The position numbers and the translations under genes are program-made. From positions 1,488,001-1,552,000 of the forward strand of contig LSRY02000010.1 in NCBI GenBank assembly GCA_001643675.2: a stretch of 64,000 bases of DNA, given 5' to 3'. Positions 22,173 through 35,800 of the stretch are shown here, piece by piece. The DNA comes from Monocercomonoides exilis PA203 (Eukaryota > Protista > Preaxostyla). Position 1 is the first letter of the stretch, and each line of letters starts with the position of its first letter. The notes under the pieces are model-generated. The model saw only the letters and a list, made by a program, of their open reading frames with translations. It ran no database searches and was not told where the DNA came from.

Positions 22173-24075
22173 GAAAACCAGAGGGTGTCATCGGAGGAAG
22201 AACGAAATTCTTCCTCCAGGCATGGATAGACATTTCAGTGAAGAGAATAATTTTCAACGGAATCAAGCCGATTTGGAAAGGGAAGCAAGCAAGAGAAAAA
22301 CAAGAAAAAGAAGATGCTTCAGGAAAAGGATTCATAGGCACAGAAATAGAGCGAGAAGAATGCGCGTGCTGGGTAAAGGAAGGAATTCAAGCCAGAATTC
22401 TCAGGGAGCTGAAGAAAGCAGAAGTCAAATGTCTCAGCAACCTGTTCTTCATCCCCAAGAAGAACGGAAAATACTGCCAAGTCATGGACTGTCGCCCGCT
22501 GAATGCCGCGTTGAAGAACACTCACTTCAAGATGGAAGACCAACGCACTGTGGAGAAGCTTCTTCAAGAGGGAGACTTTGCAACGTCATTAGACCTTTCG
22601 CAAGCATATTTCCAGATTCCAGTGAACGAATCGTTCATCCCTTTCCTTGCATTCAAGCTCGGAGACAAGTATTTCGCATTCGAAGGCTTGCCATTCGGAA
22701 TGAAAGATGCACCACGCAACTTTACAAAGGTGATGCGAGAGGTTGTAAAGAAAGTGAGACAGAGATGGAACGTTCGCTGTGTTTCGTTCCTCGACGACGT
22801 GCTCCTCCTTCACCAAGATGCAGAAGAACTCTCAAGAATTACGGAAGAGATATCTCAGTGGTTCGAAACGTTGGGTTTCATCATCAACAAAGAGAAGAGC
22901 GAGACAGCCCTCAAGCAAGTGTTCACGTATCTGGGATGGATATGGAATACGAACCAGATGAGTGTTTGCTTAGAACAGGAGAGGAGGATGAGCTTGCGTG
23001 CAATGTGCAAGATATGGGCAAGGACCGCTATGATAAACGTGCAAGTGAGAACGAGGCATTATGTGGGATTTGTGGGATCAATCAGTACAATCAGGTTTGT
23101 TGCACAGGACGCATCCCTGCACATGAATACGCTTTACGATTCCCCAGCCAAGGCAGTCAAGAAGGCGGGGTGAGGTGGATCATTCCGGCCAGTCCCAATG
23201 TCTTTGGCCAAATACAATACTGGCAAACCCGTCTTCTCCTCAACAAACCACGAAAACTCAATTCTTTCCAGCCATGGCATGCAATTCTGACAACGGATGC
23301 TTCTCCGACAGCAGCGGGAGCAACTCTGCAAATTGCTCGAAAGAAGTTTGTCTTCCACACATCATTCATAATGGCAGCCAGAGCACAATCATCCAATTAC
23401 CGGGAGTTGCAATCAATACTTAAATCTTCAAAGAGATTTTTTTCCTTCTCAAGAAGGACTGATAAAGAATCAAAATATCAGATCCAACAAAATTTCAGAA
23501 GTATTCTATCAATTGCTGGGTGAAATGAAGGAATCAGAGACGTCAGTTGAAAAAGATTTTGAGCCTGGTGATTAAGCAACAGCAAGCGGTGAATGCAAAT
23601 TGCATTCGGGGAGCGAACAATATAGAAGCAGACGCTCTGTCTCGCCTGGAGCGAGCGGGAGACTGCCAAATAAACAACGAAGCCGTGGAAGAAGTTCTGC
23701 AAAAAATGAAGGTGCAATCAACCATCGACGCGTTCGCATCAAGACGAAACCACAAACAAAGAAGGTGGTGCGGACCAGGAAGCCACATATGTAAAGACGG
23801 TCTCGCATGGAAGTGGAGTCAGGAGATAGTTTGGGCCCATCCTCCAATTCCGCTATTGCTTCCGACGCTTGGGAAGATAGCAGCAGAGAAAGCGAGAGCA
23901 ATTCTGCTCCTACCGAATTGGAGAGGGCAGGTGTGGAATCAGCTCTTGAACAAGTTAATGACGTGTTGCATAATCTGGAATCGCAGCAAGTATTGTTTGA
24001 AGCCTGGAATGGGAATGGCTCAAGCGGGTCCAACGCTTCCACCGGGACAGTACATGGCAGCAAAGTTATGGCAAA
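22151..24075 (+). pseudogene. DIRS-A pol: RT - RNase H - adenine methyltransferase-like; frameshifted
   Basis: IGGRT, DCRPLN, HFKMED, SLDLSQAY, LPFG, FLDD, YLG; LTTDAS, SSNYREL, NIEADALSR; IDAFAS, WAHPPI, LLPNW. Frameshifts near 23140-23170 and 23420-23540. Confidence 0.9.
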
Positions 24076-25014
24076 ACAGAGAGGTGAACAGTTTTATTTC
24101 AGAACAGCAGAGAGAAACAACACTAACAACAGAATTGCCTTGGAAGTTAAAGGGAGCATGTACTAGACGACATGGACAGTTTTCACTTATGGCTATGCAT
24201 TATTTGACAAGCTCACAGGTTTTCCGGATGGAATTGATTGCCCGAAGGAGTGGAGCAGTTGGATAAAAGGTTGTTGTCTCAGCTATATTTCTTAAAGGGA
24301 CAACGGAATTACTTATTCTGTGTTAAGTCAAACACGCTCAGCTTTGTCACTCATTTCAAAACTCGTGTTCGACAAAGACTTAGGAGAAGCAGCAATTGTG
24401 AACTCTATCTTCAGATCGTTTGCCAGAAGTCATATCCCTCGAACACCGTACACCTCAATGTGGTCGCCAAATCAATTTTTTGATTTCTGTGAAAGACAAC
24501 CTACGAATGAGCAGCTTTCCTTTTATGACCTCACATTAAAATGCATCGTTTAATGCATGTTATTTTCATCGTGCTGCTTTGCTGAGTAAGCAGCCATCTC
24601 CATGCAACGTTCAATTGTTGCGCAGGATGCAATCTACCTGAACACGAAGATGAAGACACAATTGCAAAGGTCTTTCATAACTATCGCAGCCATGCGCCCG
24701 GATCAAGAAAAAATTTGCCCCTATTGAGCAGTCTTGGAATTGTGGAGGAGGGTGAAAGAGACATATCCTCACCATGACACGTTCCTTCTTAATACTGTGG
24801 TGAAAACACCACTTACAGTTAATGGAGTGAGAAAGCTGGCAAGACGGGCGATGGACCAGGTTGGGATTCCTGCTGAATTCAGACAGTACACATTAAAAGC
24901 TGCTTCTATTTCAGCTCACTCCTTGAAGGGGGTGCCAGAGGTATTTATCGCGCGTCACGCAAGGTTGTCGCCTACAGCACATACACCTTCACGATCATGT
25001 TTCAAGTTCAATAT
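24070..25014 (+). pseudogene. DIRS-A tyrosine recombinase (N-terminal part to insertion site)
   Basis: PYTSMWSP, LSFYDLTLKC, ICP, DTFLLNT, YTLKAASIS, ARHARLS; homologous to copy B YR; multiple stops. Confidence 0.85.
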
Positions 25015-26109
25015 GGGTATTTTTTTTTGGGATCATTCTTTTTCTGTCAAAATTTTCGGTCTGGTTTTTTTCGGTTCGAAAGTTATCAACATGTGAAGAA
25101 TATGAACGGAAAACATCTAAAAATCAAAAAAGATAAAATCTCTCGTGAAACTCTTCGAAATCCTTTATTTTTAACTTGAATGGTCGCATTTAATCATAAT
25201 TTTGAAACATTGACATTGTTTTTTTCATTCAGTTTTTATTATTCTTGAATAACAAATGTTATCATGATAATATTTTACAACATGTCACAAACTTCATTTG
25301 GGATAGAATTTTTGTAGTTATTAAAAATTAAATGATTTGTTCCAAACTTTTTCTACATTTGAATAATTATAATTCTGGTATTATCGCACAAAATAAAATA
25401 TAGAAATATGAAAAAGTTGAGAAAAATCTTTGAATGCAATAAGTGGAACATAATTCTTAAAGCAAAATATTTCGTCCCATTTGGTCGACAATTTTTCAGA
25501 TTTAAAAAGTTATGTTTTTTGATCTCATAAGAATTACAATTGCTGATTTTTGGTGAATTAGAGTTTTTTCTTTTTGATCCATCTTGAAAATAGATGTTTA
25601 TAAAATTTACAATAATTGTTTTGATTCTTTTTCGAGATAATTAAATATTAAGATACGTATATAAAATTTTATTCAATCAGAAATTTTCAAATCTCAGAAT
25701 TGATATCAACGTTTTGTATAAGCTTAAACATCTCACTGAAATTTGAGCAAAAAAAGCATTTTAATAATTGGTTGTTTGGAATTTGTTTTTTCTTAAAAGT
25801 TTAATTCATTTTTTGATTTTTTGAATTCGTTTTTTTTGTTGCAATATTCTCAAAAAATATAACTTCTGCATATAACTATTACAACGATCGGTGAATTTTC
25901 AGAGGGAAATATGTCATGTTGTCAATAACAATTTTGAACATTTTTTATTAGACGATGAAGAATATTTAGCCGAAAGGAGTAAGTGAATTGAGCATTTGAA
26001 AGAGTTCAAGAATAGTTAAAAAATGAAGTTGAACAAGATGTTGTTATTGAATGGGGTGTATTTGAAGAAGTCACCCAGAAAACATCAAAAAATGTAAAGC
26101 GCAACTAGC

Positions 26110-26304
26110 GTGAGCATCAACCCTCTAGAGTCTCCGTCTTCTGCATTCAACCATCTAGACTCGTTCATCAGCGCTGCCCTTCCATCTTTGAAACCTGTTC
26201 GAACGAACGGATCGAGTGTGTCGACTTTTTCTTCTTCTCGAACTTTTTGCACTCGGCTGGTGATGTTGTATTCCACACATATGGCAACATCTTTTTTCCT
26301 ATGA
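26110..26304 (+). pseudogene. Short fragment of the surface-protein family (cargo)
   Basis: FISAALPSLKPVRTNGSSVSTFSSSRTF matches LFSAALPSLQPLQTSGLSVSTSSSTSTF at 54970-55203 (-). Confidence 0.65.
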
Positions 26305-26323
26305 CAAGCTTGCTTCCTCTTTA

Positions 26324-29300
26324 TCACCAGCCACACCTTCTGCTTCCACACTCACCCGGTGCATTCCCTCTCGGCTGCAGCACACATGCCGCCCCCGCAT
26401 CGCCACCAACGCCCGATAGTGCACAAACTCCCCACTCTCCGTGAAATAGACTACATGCGAAACCGTCTGCATCCCATACACACCCTGAACAACGCTCTGT
26501 GTCCTCGTCGCATTGCCCCTTTGTAGTACAATCGAGCGCCCTGGCACCTGCATCAGCACCTCCACCAACCTCTGCGCTGACGTAGTGTTTGTCAGAACCA
26601 CATCGCACACACACACGCTCCGCATGCATCTTCTCATACTCCACATACTTCCTCGCCTTCCGCCCTTCCTCATTCATCTTCCACTCTTCGCTCACGTCAT
26701 ACACAAACTCCTGCACAACCACCTGCTTCATCTCCACTCGTTTCCCCAACACACTCAACTGCAGCCCTTGTTTCCTCACTTGTCTCTCTTATTCTCTTTC
26801 TCTTTCCTTTTCTTCTTCTCCTTTTTCTTCTTCTTCTATTCCTTCTTTCCCTCCCTCAAATTCCTCCATCTCATTCACAAACAGCACTGCAGCTGTGTCA
26901 TGCTCCTAATAGACACGCTCGCCATTCCTCCCCTCATCTCAATCGCCTTCTCCACGCAAACAGGATGCACACAAACATCTGTCAGCACAGCTGCAAACGC
27001 CGCTGATGCAAACGAATCGGTTCATTTAATCACATCTGCTGACACAAAAGGAACAGACCTCCCACACTCACGCGTATTTCTGCCCACCTCCTCCCCGACA
27101 CATCCAAGCAGATACCGCGCATAGTCCAGGAAGAAATGGTTCCACTCAATCAGCACAGAATTAGATGACGCCACACGATGATATTAATTCTCTCGGTATT
27201 CCATCATGTCCTCCACCTGCTGGAACTTCGCAACTGTCATTTTCTTTTCTTCTTTCCAGGTACAAAGCTAATCATCTCCAAAAGAGATTCAAGAAACACA
27301 AGAAGCAGAAGTGAAAACATAACGCATATACTCTCATTCCATCTGCATTCCCATAGGCATCGCTATCTGAGGATCTGATGGAATAGCAATTAAGAAAGAG
27401 CCACAAAAACAATTTGCCAAACGAGGCATTGCGCCAGCATTGCTTATCCTCTGCCATGTATTCGACTGCATCAATATTCTCGGCCTCTGCCCTAATCCTG
27501 CCTCCGCCACTGCCCTAGCCATCCCGACCATCTGCATTGCCATTCACGCTCCAGGCCTCGATCCTTTCTCCATCTGCCCCATCTGCTCTTGAACATCCGT
27601 TGCACTCCCCAGCAGACGCGGCATCAGCTTCAGCTCTTCGTTGTTCCGGATGAAGCACTCGCTCATCGTGCGCATGTCACTCAGCTGCACATCGTTGAAG
27701 ATAATCTTCTGCATGTCAGGAAGAATCCCTTCTTTCTTCTACACAAGCTCCTTCAACTCCGCAACCGTCGTCTCCTTCGTCACACTTACTCAAATCACCT
27801 TCACTTCCATCGTTCTGATTAGTCCTTTCATCTTGTGACAAATCCCCTACCTCGTTGAATGCTCGCCCCGATGCTCCTTTCACACTGCTCTTTCTTCCTC
27901 TTTCTTCTTCTTCTTCTACCTCAATGAAACCCCCAACATCCAGTCCAGATCGAAGCACTGTCTCAAACACCTTCTCCTCTTCTTTCTTGTCTATCAGCTG
28001 CAACCTCAGCTGATTTTCCACTTTCTCCACCGAAGCCACACACCTCCTCAAACTCCTCTCCAGCAATTCTTCTCCTTCTCTTCTTTCTCCTTTTCTTCTT
28101 CCTTTTTCTCTTGCTCTTCGTTTTCATCAATTGCTTCACAATATCTTCTTTTCAACACTTTCTTTCAGAATCAGCTCCGAGTGCATCTTCTGCAAAACAT
28201 TCTTCTTCGGGTCAAACACATTCATTAGCCTCATTTCCCTCAATCATCCTTCTCTTTCTTCTCCTTCTCTTCCCTCCGTTTTCCTTTTCCCACGGCACAG
28301 ATTCAGATCCACTCATTCCTTTTTCGCAACTAAATACTCATCGTCTGTCGCCACCACTGTCACAGTGCTCTGCCCTTTCCCTGCAATCACTTCCTTCAGG
28401 ATAACTGCAACCCTCCTCTTTCCTTCCCCTGGTGCTTCGTTCAGCACAACTGTCGTCGTCTCCCCCAAATAGTCGATGTTCTTCCAGTCTGCCAGGCTCC
28501 TCCTCCAGTTCCGCACTCCTCCCATTCCCCCTTCCATCTCCCCCTTCATCATCATCTTCTTCTTCTTCCTCGCCATCATGTCTGCCATCATCTCTCAGCT
28601 TGCTGCTCCTCCGCAGATTGCATCACCTGCAAATGCGCTCGCCACCTTCCTCCAAGTCTCCTGAATCACAACCCCGTGCATCAGCACAGAAGGCGCATAC
28701 AGCGTGTTCCCCAGCCGTGCTGCTGCCGTCTGTCTTCGCTGGATGTATTCTTGCTCTGTGCCCAGCCTCTTGTCCGACTTGTGGAAAGACCCCGCCACCT
28801 TTGCTGTTTGCACCTCGGCCTGCATCCCCTCTCTTAGCCCCGTCAGCTGCGTCTCTGCATCAAACAACTGCGCAAGCACGCTCCCAAACACATGCACACG
28901 CGTAATCGCTATGCAATTGCTCAGAGTCACCTCCACTTTCCTTGCTTCCGCTCCTTCTCTCATCTGCCTAACTTCCACAATCACAACTGCAGCATCACCT
29001 CCTCGTCACCAAACCTTCCGCAAACCATTTAGAAGTGATGCGTTGTCATGTCTCACACCGCAATCAATTTCTTCTTTCGATTTTTCGATCATGTTTTCCC
29101 CCTTCATTCCATCTTTCTCGTTGTTTTCAACCATCTTCCGTGGCTCATTCAGCGAAATAGATGTCCGCAGCCCCGTCGCCCACTCTAATAGCTCATATTC
29201 CCCACAAGGTAAATCAGCCTACAGAATCGCCTTCTCTTCCTTCGTCACCATCTTCTCGCTCACATCACGCAGTGGGACAATCCGCTCTATCCCGATCATT

Positions 29301-29967
29301 TGCGTCAGCGAAACCAGTCTCTTCTCAATCATCTTCTTCTCATTCTTCGCTCTCTCCTTTTCTTCCTTTTCATTCTTCTCCTCTTCATTTCATTCCTCTT
29401 TTCCTTCATCTCATTCCTTTGCCTTCCGGCTTTTCCACCACACGCCTCGACTGCAGCGATTGCGACACCAGCCTCGCTATCACCGACGGCAGCAGCGACG
29501 GTTCAAATAGATCGTAGATCGACGGGAATGCATTCACATCTGCCGCTGCTAAGATCCGCTTGCTCCCCGACTTCGTGCTCACAGATGCTGCAAGCGATGG
29601 AGCCTGACCAACAAACGGAACAGAAAGCATCACATCGTATGCACACGTAACACCTCCATTCAGCACTCCCCGCCGAGCCACAACATATCCCTTGAAGCGT
29701 CTGTTGCTCCCTTAATTACGAATTCCTTTGATTTGCATGCGCCCCAGCTTCTTCTGACACAGCAATCCGCTTCCGTCTATCGATATCGTCCATCTCTGTT
29801 GCAGACGTGTATGACGCCACCGCAGACGCAAACGAAGAGTTAATTGCAGGCGAAGATGAAGACGATGATTTCTTGTCATCTCCTTCCGCTTTCTTCTCTT
29901 CGCTGCTCTGCCTCCTGAATGGAGAAGAAGATCTACGTTCTGCTTCAGTTGAATAAGACGAAGACAA
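26324..29967 (-). pseudogene. Decayed large multidomain gene: Ser-rich N-terminus, Cys-rich finger, coiled coil, ubiquitin-like domain, further Cys-rich motifs
   Basis: GC-richer coding-like tract with many stops and frameshifts. N-terminus SSSSSPAINSS...MDDIDRRKRIAVSEE is homologous to 48317 onward. Motifs WRCYVCIRCDAFCSVC...GRCEC, CSFC, CSCADRCLCASC, CVRCG. Confidence 0.6.
27604..27831 (-). other. Ubiquitin-like domain (76 codons, two in-frame stops)
   Basis: Manual translation MKGLIRTMEVKVI*VSVTKETTVAELKELV*KKEGILPDMQKIIFNDVQLSDMRTMSECFIRNNEELKLMPRLLGS aligns without gaps to ubiquitin (28/76 identical by my count, including KEGIxPDxQxxIF and QLxDxRT). Confidence 0.88.
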
Positions 29968-32883
29968 AAATAATTAGAACGACAAGTATAATGCTTTGCT
30001 GTTTTCCTGAAATAAAAATGTGAAAGAGATGTGAGATAATCTTTTAAAAGTTGACCAACAAGCTTCACTTTGGCTTCTTCAATTTTCGCATCAGAAAGTT
30101 TTAACAGTTGAAGAAGTCATTCACCTCAAAATATGAAACTTCGAAGTGTATTCCTTTCCTTTACTTTTTTTTTGAAATTTCATTGCAGATTGTATGATAT
30201 CGAACTTTGAATAGTTAATATTCATAAAATTCCGATTTTATTGATTGCAAAATAAAAGGAGACATAACAGAATGTTTGTATTTGACTAAGAAAACATCAA
30301 TAAAGTTTACAAGTGTATATCAGATTTCTTCAGTTCTTTCGAGAAGTGTACAGTATAAACAATCAAATTGACTACTCATGCATATGCCATTTCATTTGTT
30401 TTATTGATTATTCATATTTGTAATTTGTGACTTTTGTGAATATCTCTTTTCAATTGTTTATTTGTTATTTTAGTATTTTTTAAAAATGCAACCAAAAGAT
30501 CATAAATCAACATTGAAGCTTATATTTTTGTGACAATTTTAATATTTTTAACATGTCCAAAAATTCAATAAGTTTAAAAAGAACAATTAAAAAAATCAGT
30601 AAACAAGAATAAACCAAATTCTTGCTCCAAAACTCAAATCACAAATTGAGAGCAATTCCAACTGTAAACACAATTCTTCACAGAACCCTTTGAGGTTGAA
30701 TAAATAATTTGAAGTTGGTGCAGCCATTTTTGAATGATTATTTTCATACAGATAGACTGTTGATTGAAAGTTGAAAGGAAGCTGAAGCTCGGAAATGAAA
30801 GATAGTCGAATGGAAGATGAAAGAGTAGCGTGATTGTAGAAGAGTTGTGAAAAAATTATCTACTGAAGCTCTTCAATTGAGCAATATTGGCTAAGGAAGA
30901 AACAAGTTTGTTTGAAGATGAGGTTGCAATATGATAGGAGATAAAAGTATTTTTTCGATAATTATGAAAGAAAAATGAATGTTGATGAAGGAAAATGTGA
31001 GTAGAGTGAAATGGTTGATGAAGAATGCTGATAAGAAGAAGAAGAAGATGATGATGATGAAGGAGGAGAAGGAGAAGGAGAAAAAGAAGTGAATGAAGAA
31101 TTTCGTGCTTTCATGTTGCTTGGCGAGGAGTAATGATAAGGCAATGAGCCAATTGTTGACGATGATGATGAATGAGAATAACTTGTATTTTCGCTTGTTT
31201 TTTGCGAAAACTACCAAAAATTCGACAGGAATGAATCCAAAGTTTCATTGATAAAAGCATATGTTTTGAAATGCAAAAAGTCGATGTTTTTATCAGATCA
31301 AGAAATTGATGGATTGCGATGCATCCAGATCTTCTCGATCATTCTCTTTGGCTTTGCTGTTCACCACTTTCATTTGAACGAACTTTTTTTATGCGTTGCT
31401 GTTTCATTTATCGGTTTAATCGCTTCTTTTACTTCCTATTTTTCTCTATTTTTTCTTTATTTTCTTCTACTATCACATCTTCTACAACTTTCCCTTAAAA
31501 GCATTTCTAAAACAGATAAATAGACAGTATCAAAACTTTTTCATATTATTCTTGTGAATACTCGACAAAACTTTCAATTCTTCCATATTCCGATATATGT
31601 CCATCAACTTTGTTCGACTTTTCATCTCGGCATATAACTTCAATTCTTTTATTTCCTTTTTTTCCCTCTTCTTCCTCTTTTCCCTCGTTACAATTATCTC
31701 TTTCTCTTCCTTCCTCATTGTTCTTCCCACTGCTTCAGCTGCACTCGTTGGAGTCGTATAATGTCGTTCATCAAGTTTTGATATCTCTTGCTTTTTATCA
31801 TCTGCACAACTGCTTCCAGGCACGTTTCTTCCTCAAATATTCATTCTTATCTGTTAGGTGATCTCTCATTCAGCATTGCTCTCACTGAGTGAACTACTTT
31901 TAATATTAATTTGTTTGCGCTGTAAGGTTTTTCGAATATCCTCTCTAAAGCCTAAGGAAATTTTTAACTTAGAGGATGTCTGGTTGCTGATGAAGTAAAA
32001 AGAAGCACTTATTCAAAGGAGAGAAAATCATAAATGAGCAAACAAATGAATTTGAATGTGCCTGAAAACTGTGGATCGATAAGAAAACATTGGATGTATT
32101 TTCTGCAATTGATTGAGCAAATTTATTCATGTGATTTATTTGTCGAACATCGTTTTGTAAAAGCACATCTTATTTGAGGGCCAATATTTTTTTTTCAATA
32201 ATTGTTGCTTTTTAAATTGGAATCTCTGCAATTCACTTTTACCGAATTGAAATGACACAAAAGGGAATAAAAAGGAGATATTGTCAAAATTTGAATTGCT
32301 TTAAATAAAAATCGTTTAAAGCAACCAAACCTGGTTTTATTCAAAAGTTGTATAGGTACAAGCTTCTGTTCTGCAGAAACACATTTTTCCCCCTTTCGTT
32401 CAATGAAAGTTTGTCAGGATAAACTAATAATTAAGAAAATTCTCAGTGAAAACGTTTAATAAAATCTAATACTTGAAATTTGAAAAGTGTTCAATATCCA
32501 TCAATTAAAAAAATTCATGTGCTCTATATTCATTTTCCACACATTGATTTTCGTTTAAAAAAATTTAAATTATTAACAATAAAAGATTTCGCAGATCATC
32601 CCATTTGTGGAACTTTGTCATCACAAAGAATAAACTATTTTTTGTTGAGTCATGGAACGAATCAAGTTTTCTCTTTTATCAAACTCGAGGAAAAGCGAAA
32701 GATGAAGAGATGTTTGGGAGTATCTTACAAATAAATCTGCAAATGACTGTGTGGAAATGCTGAAGAACATGTTTTTCCATTCAAATACGGGTAAAAAAAT
32801 ATTTCCCCATATTCAAAAAATATTTAACGGTTTGTTATTATTAATTGTATTTGTATTTATATTAATCAAACTCTTTCAAACTT

Positions 32884-35800
32884 TTGATTACTGAAGATCG
32901 AAATCAATATGTAATTTTGCGATTAGCGTCTGCGTATAATCGAGAAGTAAATCCATATACAAAAGTGACGCTTTTTAAATGTGTTTGCCAGGAATATGCC
33001 CTCTCGCAATTGATCGATTTGGGCTTTGAATGCTCTCATGGAAGCTATTATCACGCAAAGGACAATAGCTCGTACACATCGTTTGATTTTCAAACTCCGA
33101 AAAAGGCTGCTCTTCCCCCCTCAAAACGAAGTTTGATCTAATTCTTCATTGAAAAAAATGTGAAACTGTTCTTCTTTAATATGTTCTTTGTCCTATTTTA
33201 ACATTTTTATAGAGATGAGCCCAGAAGATGAAAAAGTTTTCACTGATTTCATAAATGAAAATTCAACCGAATCATCGAAATGCATTTGTAAGTTGTCACA
33301 ACAGAATAACAGTTTGTCTTCTTATTGTGTTCTTTAATTAAAAGTGTTGAAGAATTATCACTTTCAGAATCTTCAATGGAAATAGATGATGATTTCAAAA
33401 TCATAAACTGCAGCGAAGAAATGGAAGAAGATGAAGATCCTCTTTATCATTATTTCACAGAGAACAACACTAGAAGCGAATATTTGCAGACAGCAGAAGA
33501 ATCAAACAATTCGAAAAACAATGAATTCATTCACATGGAAATAGATGATGAAATTTCACTTTTGGACGTTCAATGTGAAATGGATGAAGAAAGCTGTTTC
33601 GAACCGGAAACAAATTTGGATTTATCAGAATTACCATCACAAATCAATAATGGAGAAAATATAGAGATTGAAAAAAATGAAGAACTGCATTATTCCAACG
33701 AAACCAATGAGAATTCGATAAAGAATAGTCAAGGCTCAATTTCTTCTTGCAGCTCAATCATAGAATGCTGTTCACAGAATCATCAGCACGCTGCACAAAC
33801 TGGAACACTGAGAGATAACAATACTTATTATCCGTTACCATACATGGGAAACACTTGTTATCTCGCTGCAATGCTACAAGTGTTCCGTTCTATTTATTTG
33901 CACTCAGAACGATTTTGTACACGAAAAGGGAAGATCTCACACTATTTGCATCGTTTGCTGGACATTGTCCAACCTTTGGATTTTTCAGTTAGCATAAACA
34001 ATGATAATGTCTCACAATCTTGGTCCTTGCCTTTTGTGAGATGTTGGGAAAAAAGGCATGGACTGAAAAAGGGTGAATAACAAGAATGTTATGAAACATT
34101 TTTTAATATGTACCAGGATCTCATATCAATAACACCAGCATTAGCAAACCAAATGAGAACGAACCAATCATTTCCAAGAAAATGTTGTGAATGCGGATCA
34201 TGTGAGTATGGAATTTGTGAATCAACTCCATTAATTCGACTTCACGGTTCAGATGTCATTTCGGAATTTAATGAATCATTCTCATCAGGTCAAACAAATA
34301 CAAACAACAGAGAGGCCTTTTGTATCAGATGTCAGAAAAATACAGATCAATATTCAATAATGAATATCCTTCAATTCCCTCATATTTTAACAATCACTCT
34401 TGAATCTGATAAATTTGATCAAAAGAAAATATACAACTTTTCATTACAAATTTCATTTTTAAAGAATGAAGAAACAATAAAGGCTTTTCCTTTCCATTCA
34501 GAAAATATGTACAATTATCGATTGATAGCAGACCTGTTTTATCGAGGATCGAAAGATTGTGGACATTTTTATGCAATGTGTAGAAGAAGATGCCCATCGC
34601 CAAAACGTACATCATACAAAGATTGTTGGTATATTTGTAACGACGGAGAAATATCCTTCATTAATAATGAAATTACAACAGAAACAAACTCTCACATAAA
34701 CAAAGGTTCAATTCCGTTTATGATTGTTTACTCTCAGGAGAATCGTGGATGCATTCCTGTTTCCGATATTTCTTCACCAAATTTGTTAAAATTGGGACTA
34801 TCACATCAAAAATGTTCGTTTTCTGATAATATTTCATTAATAAATCAGAGGAAAACAAATGTTCGTTCGGTTTGCATTAATTGTGATGGTTTATTGCAAG
34901 ATCCTTCTTATTCACTTCATCCTAATACGACAAATCCACATCATTCCACTTCACCTTCAATAATATATGATGATGAAATTACTAATGTCCATTCTTCGTC
35001 AGAAAATCACCACAAAAAATCGACCTTATTTAGTTTATCAAATCGACATTCCGGATGTTCCATCACATCTGAAATAGATACTTCATTTCTTCCTTTTTCT
35101 AACGAATTTTCTTCTTATTGCAATTATCAAACGAACTCAAAAGACTGTGAAACTAATAATACAACAATTAATAATCATCTCACTCATAATTCAACCGCAT
35201 CTACAAAACCAAATGGAAAACAATCTGTCTTTCCAGAAATGATTTCATCCAGCCAATTGAGTGAAACAAAAAACAGATCAACAAATCCAAATCGATACTT
35301 TTCAACCCTTCACAATTATCGACATAAAGATTCACAAAATGCAAACGTCAATAATCCATTCTTTCATGGTTCTCCATTCAATTCTTATTCACATATCAAA
35401 AAACAACAAGTTCTTATCATCAATACAACAAAAGCGTAGTTATTCAGAAAGTTAATGGAAACCACAAATATTAAAATGTCAAAAAGTTCTTTCTGCAAAA
35501 AGACGAAACACCTTAAAAGGGATTCCAGGCGAACTGACTTGTGCAACTTATGTGAAATGTTCAATCATCTGAAGAAAAAAGAAGAATATCTAAAAACAAA
35601 ATCACAAACATTGAATGATCAAGAGCAACAAACAATAAGACTTATTGAAAAACATCGTTTTCTGGCGTCAAATCAACGTCAACACTTCCATAAAATCAAA
35701 AAGAACATTTCATTTTCGGAAGCGTTGGTTTTGTTCGATTTCAAAGAGAATTGGACGATTCCTATTTGCAAAAATCAAATAAGCCGAGATTATTACGAAA

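Noticed and set aside
26513-29650. Plus-strand ORFs of 100-270 aa rich in Ser/Phe/Pro
   Set aside because: Antisense to Glu/Lys-rich minus-strand pseudogene sequence.
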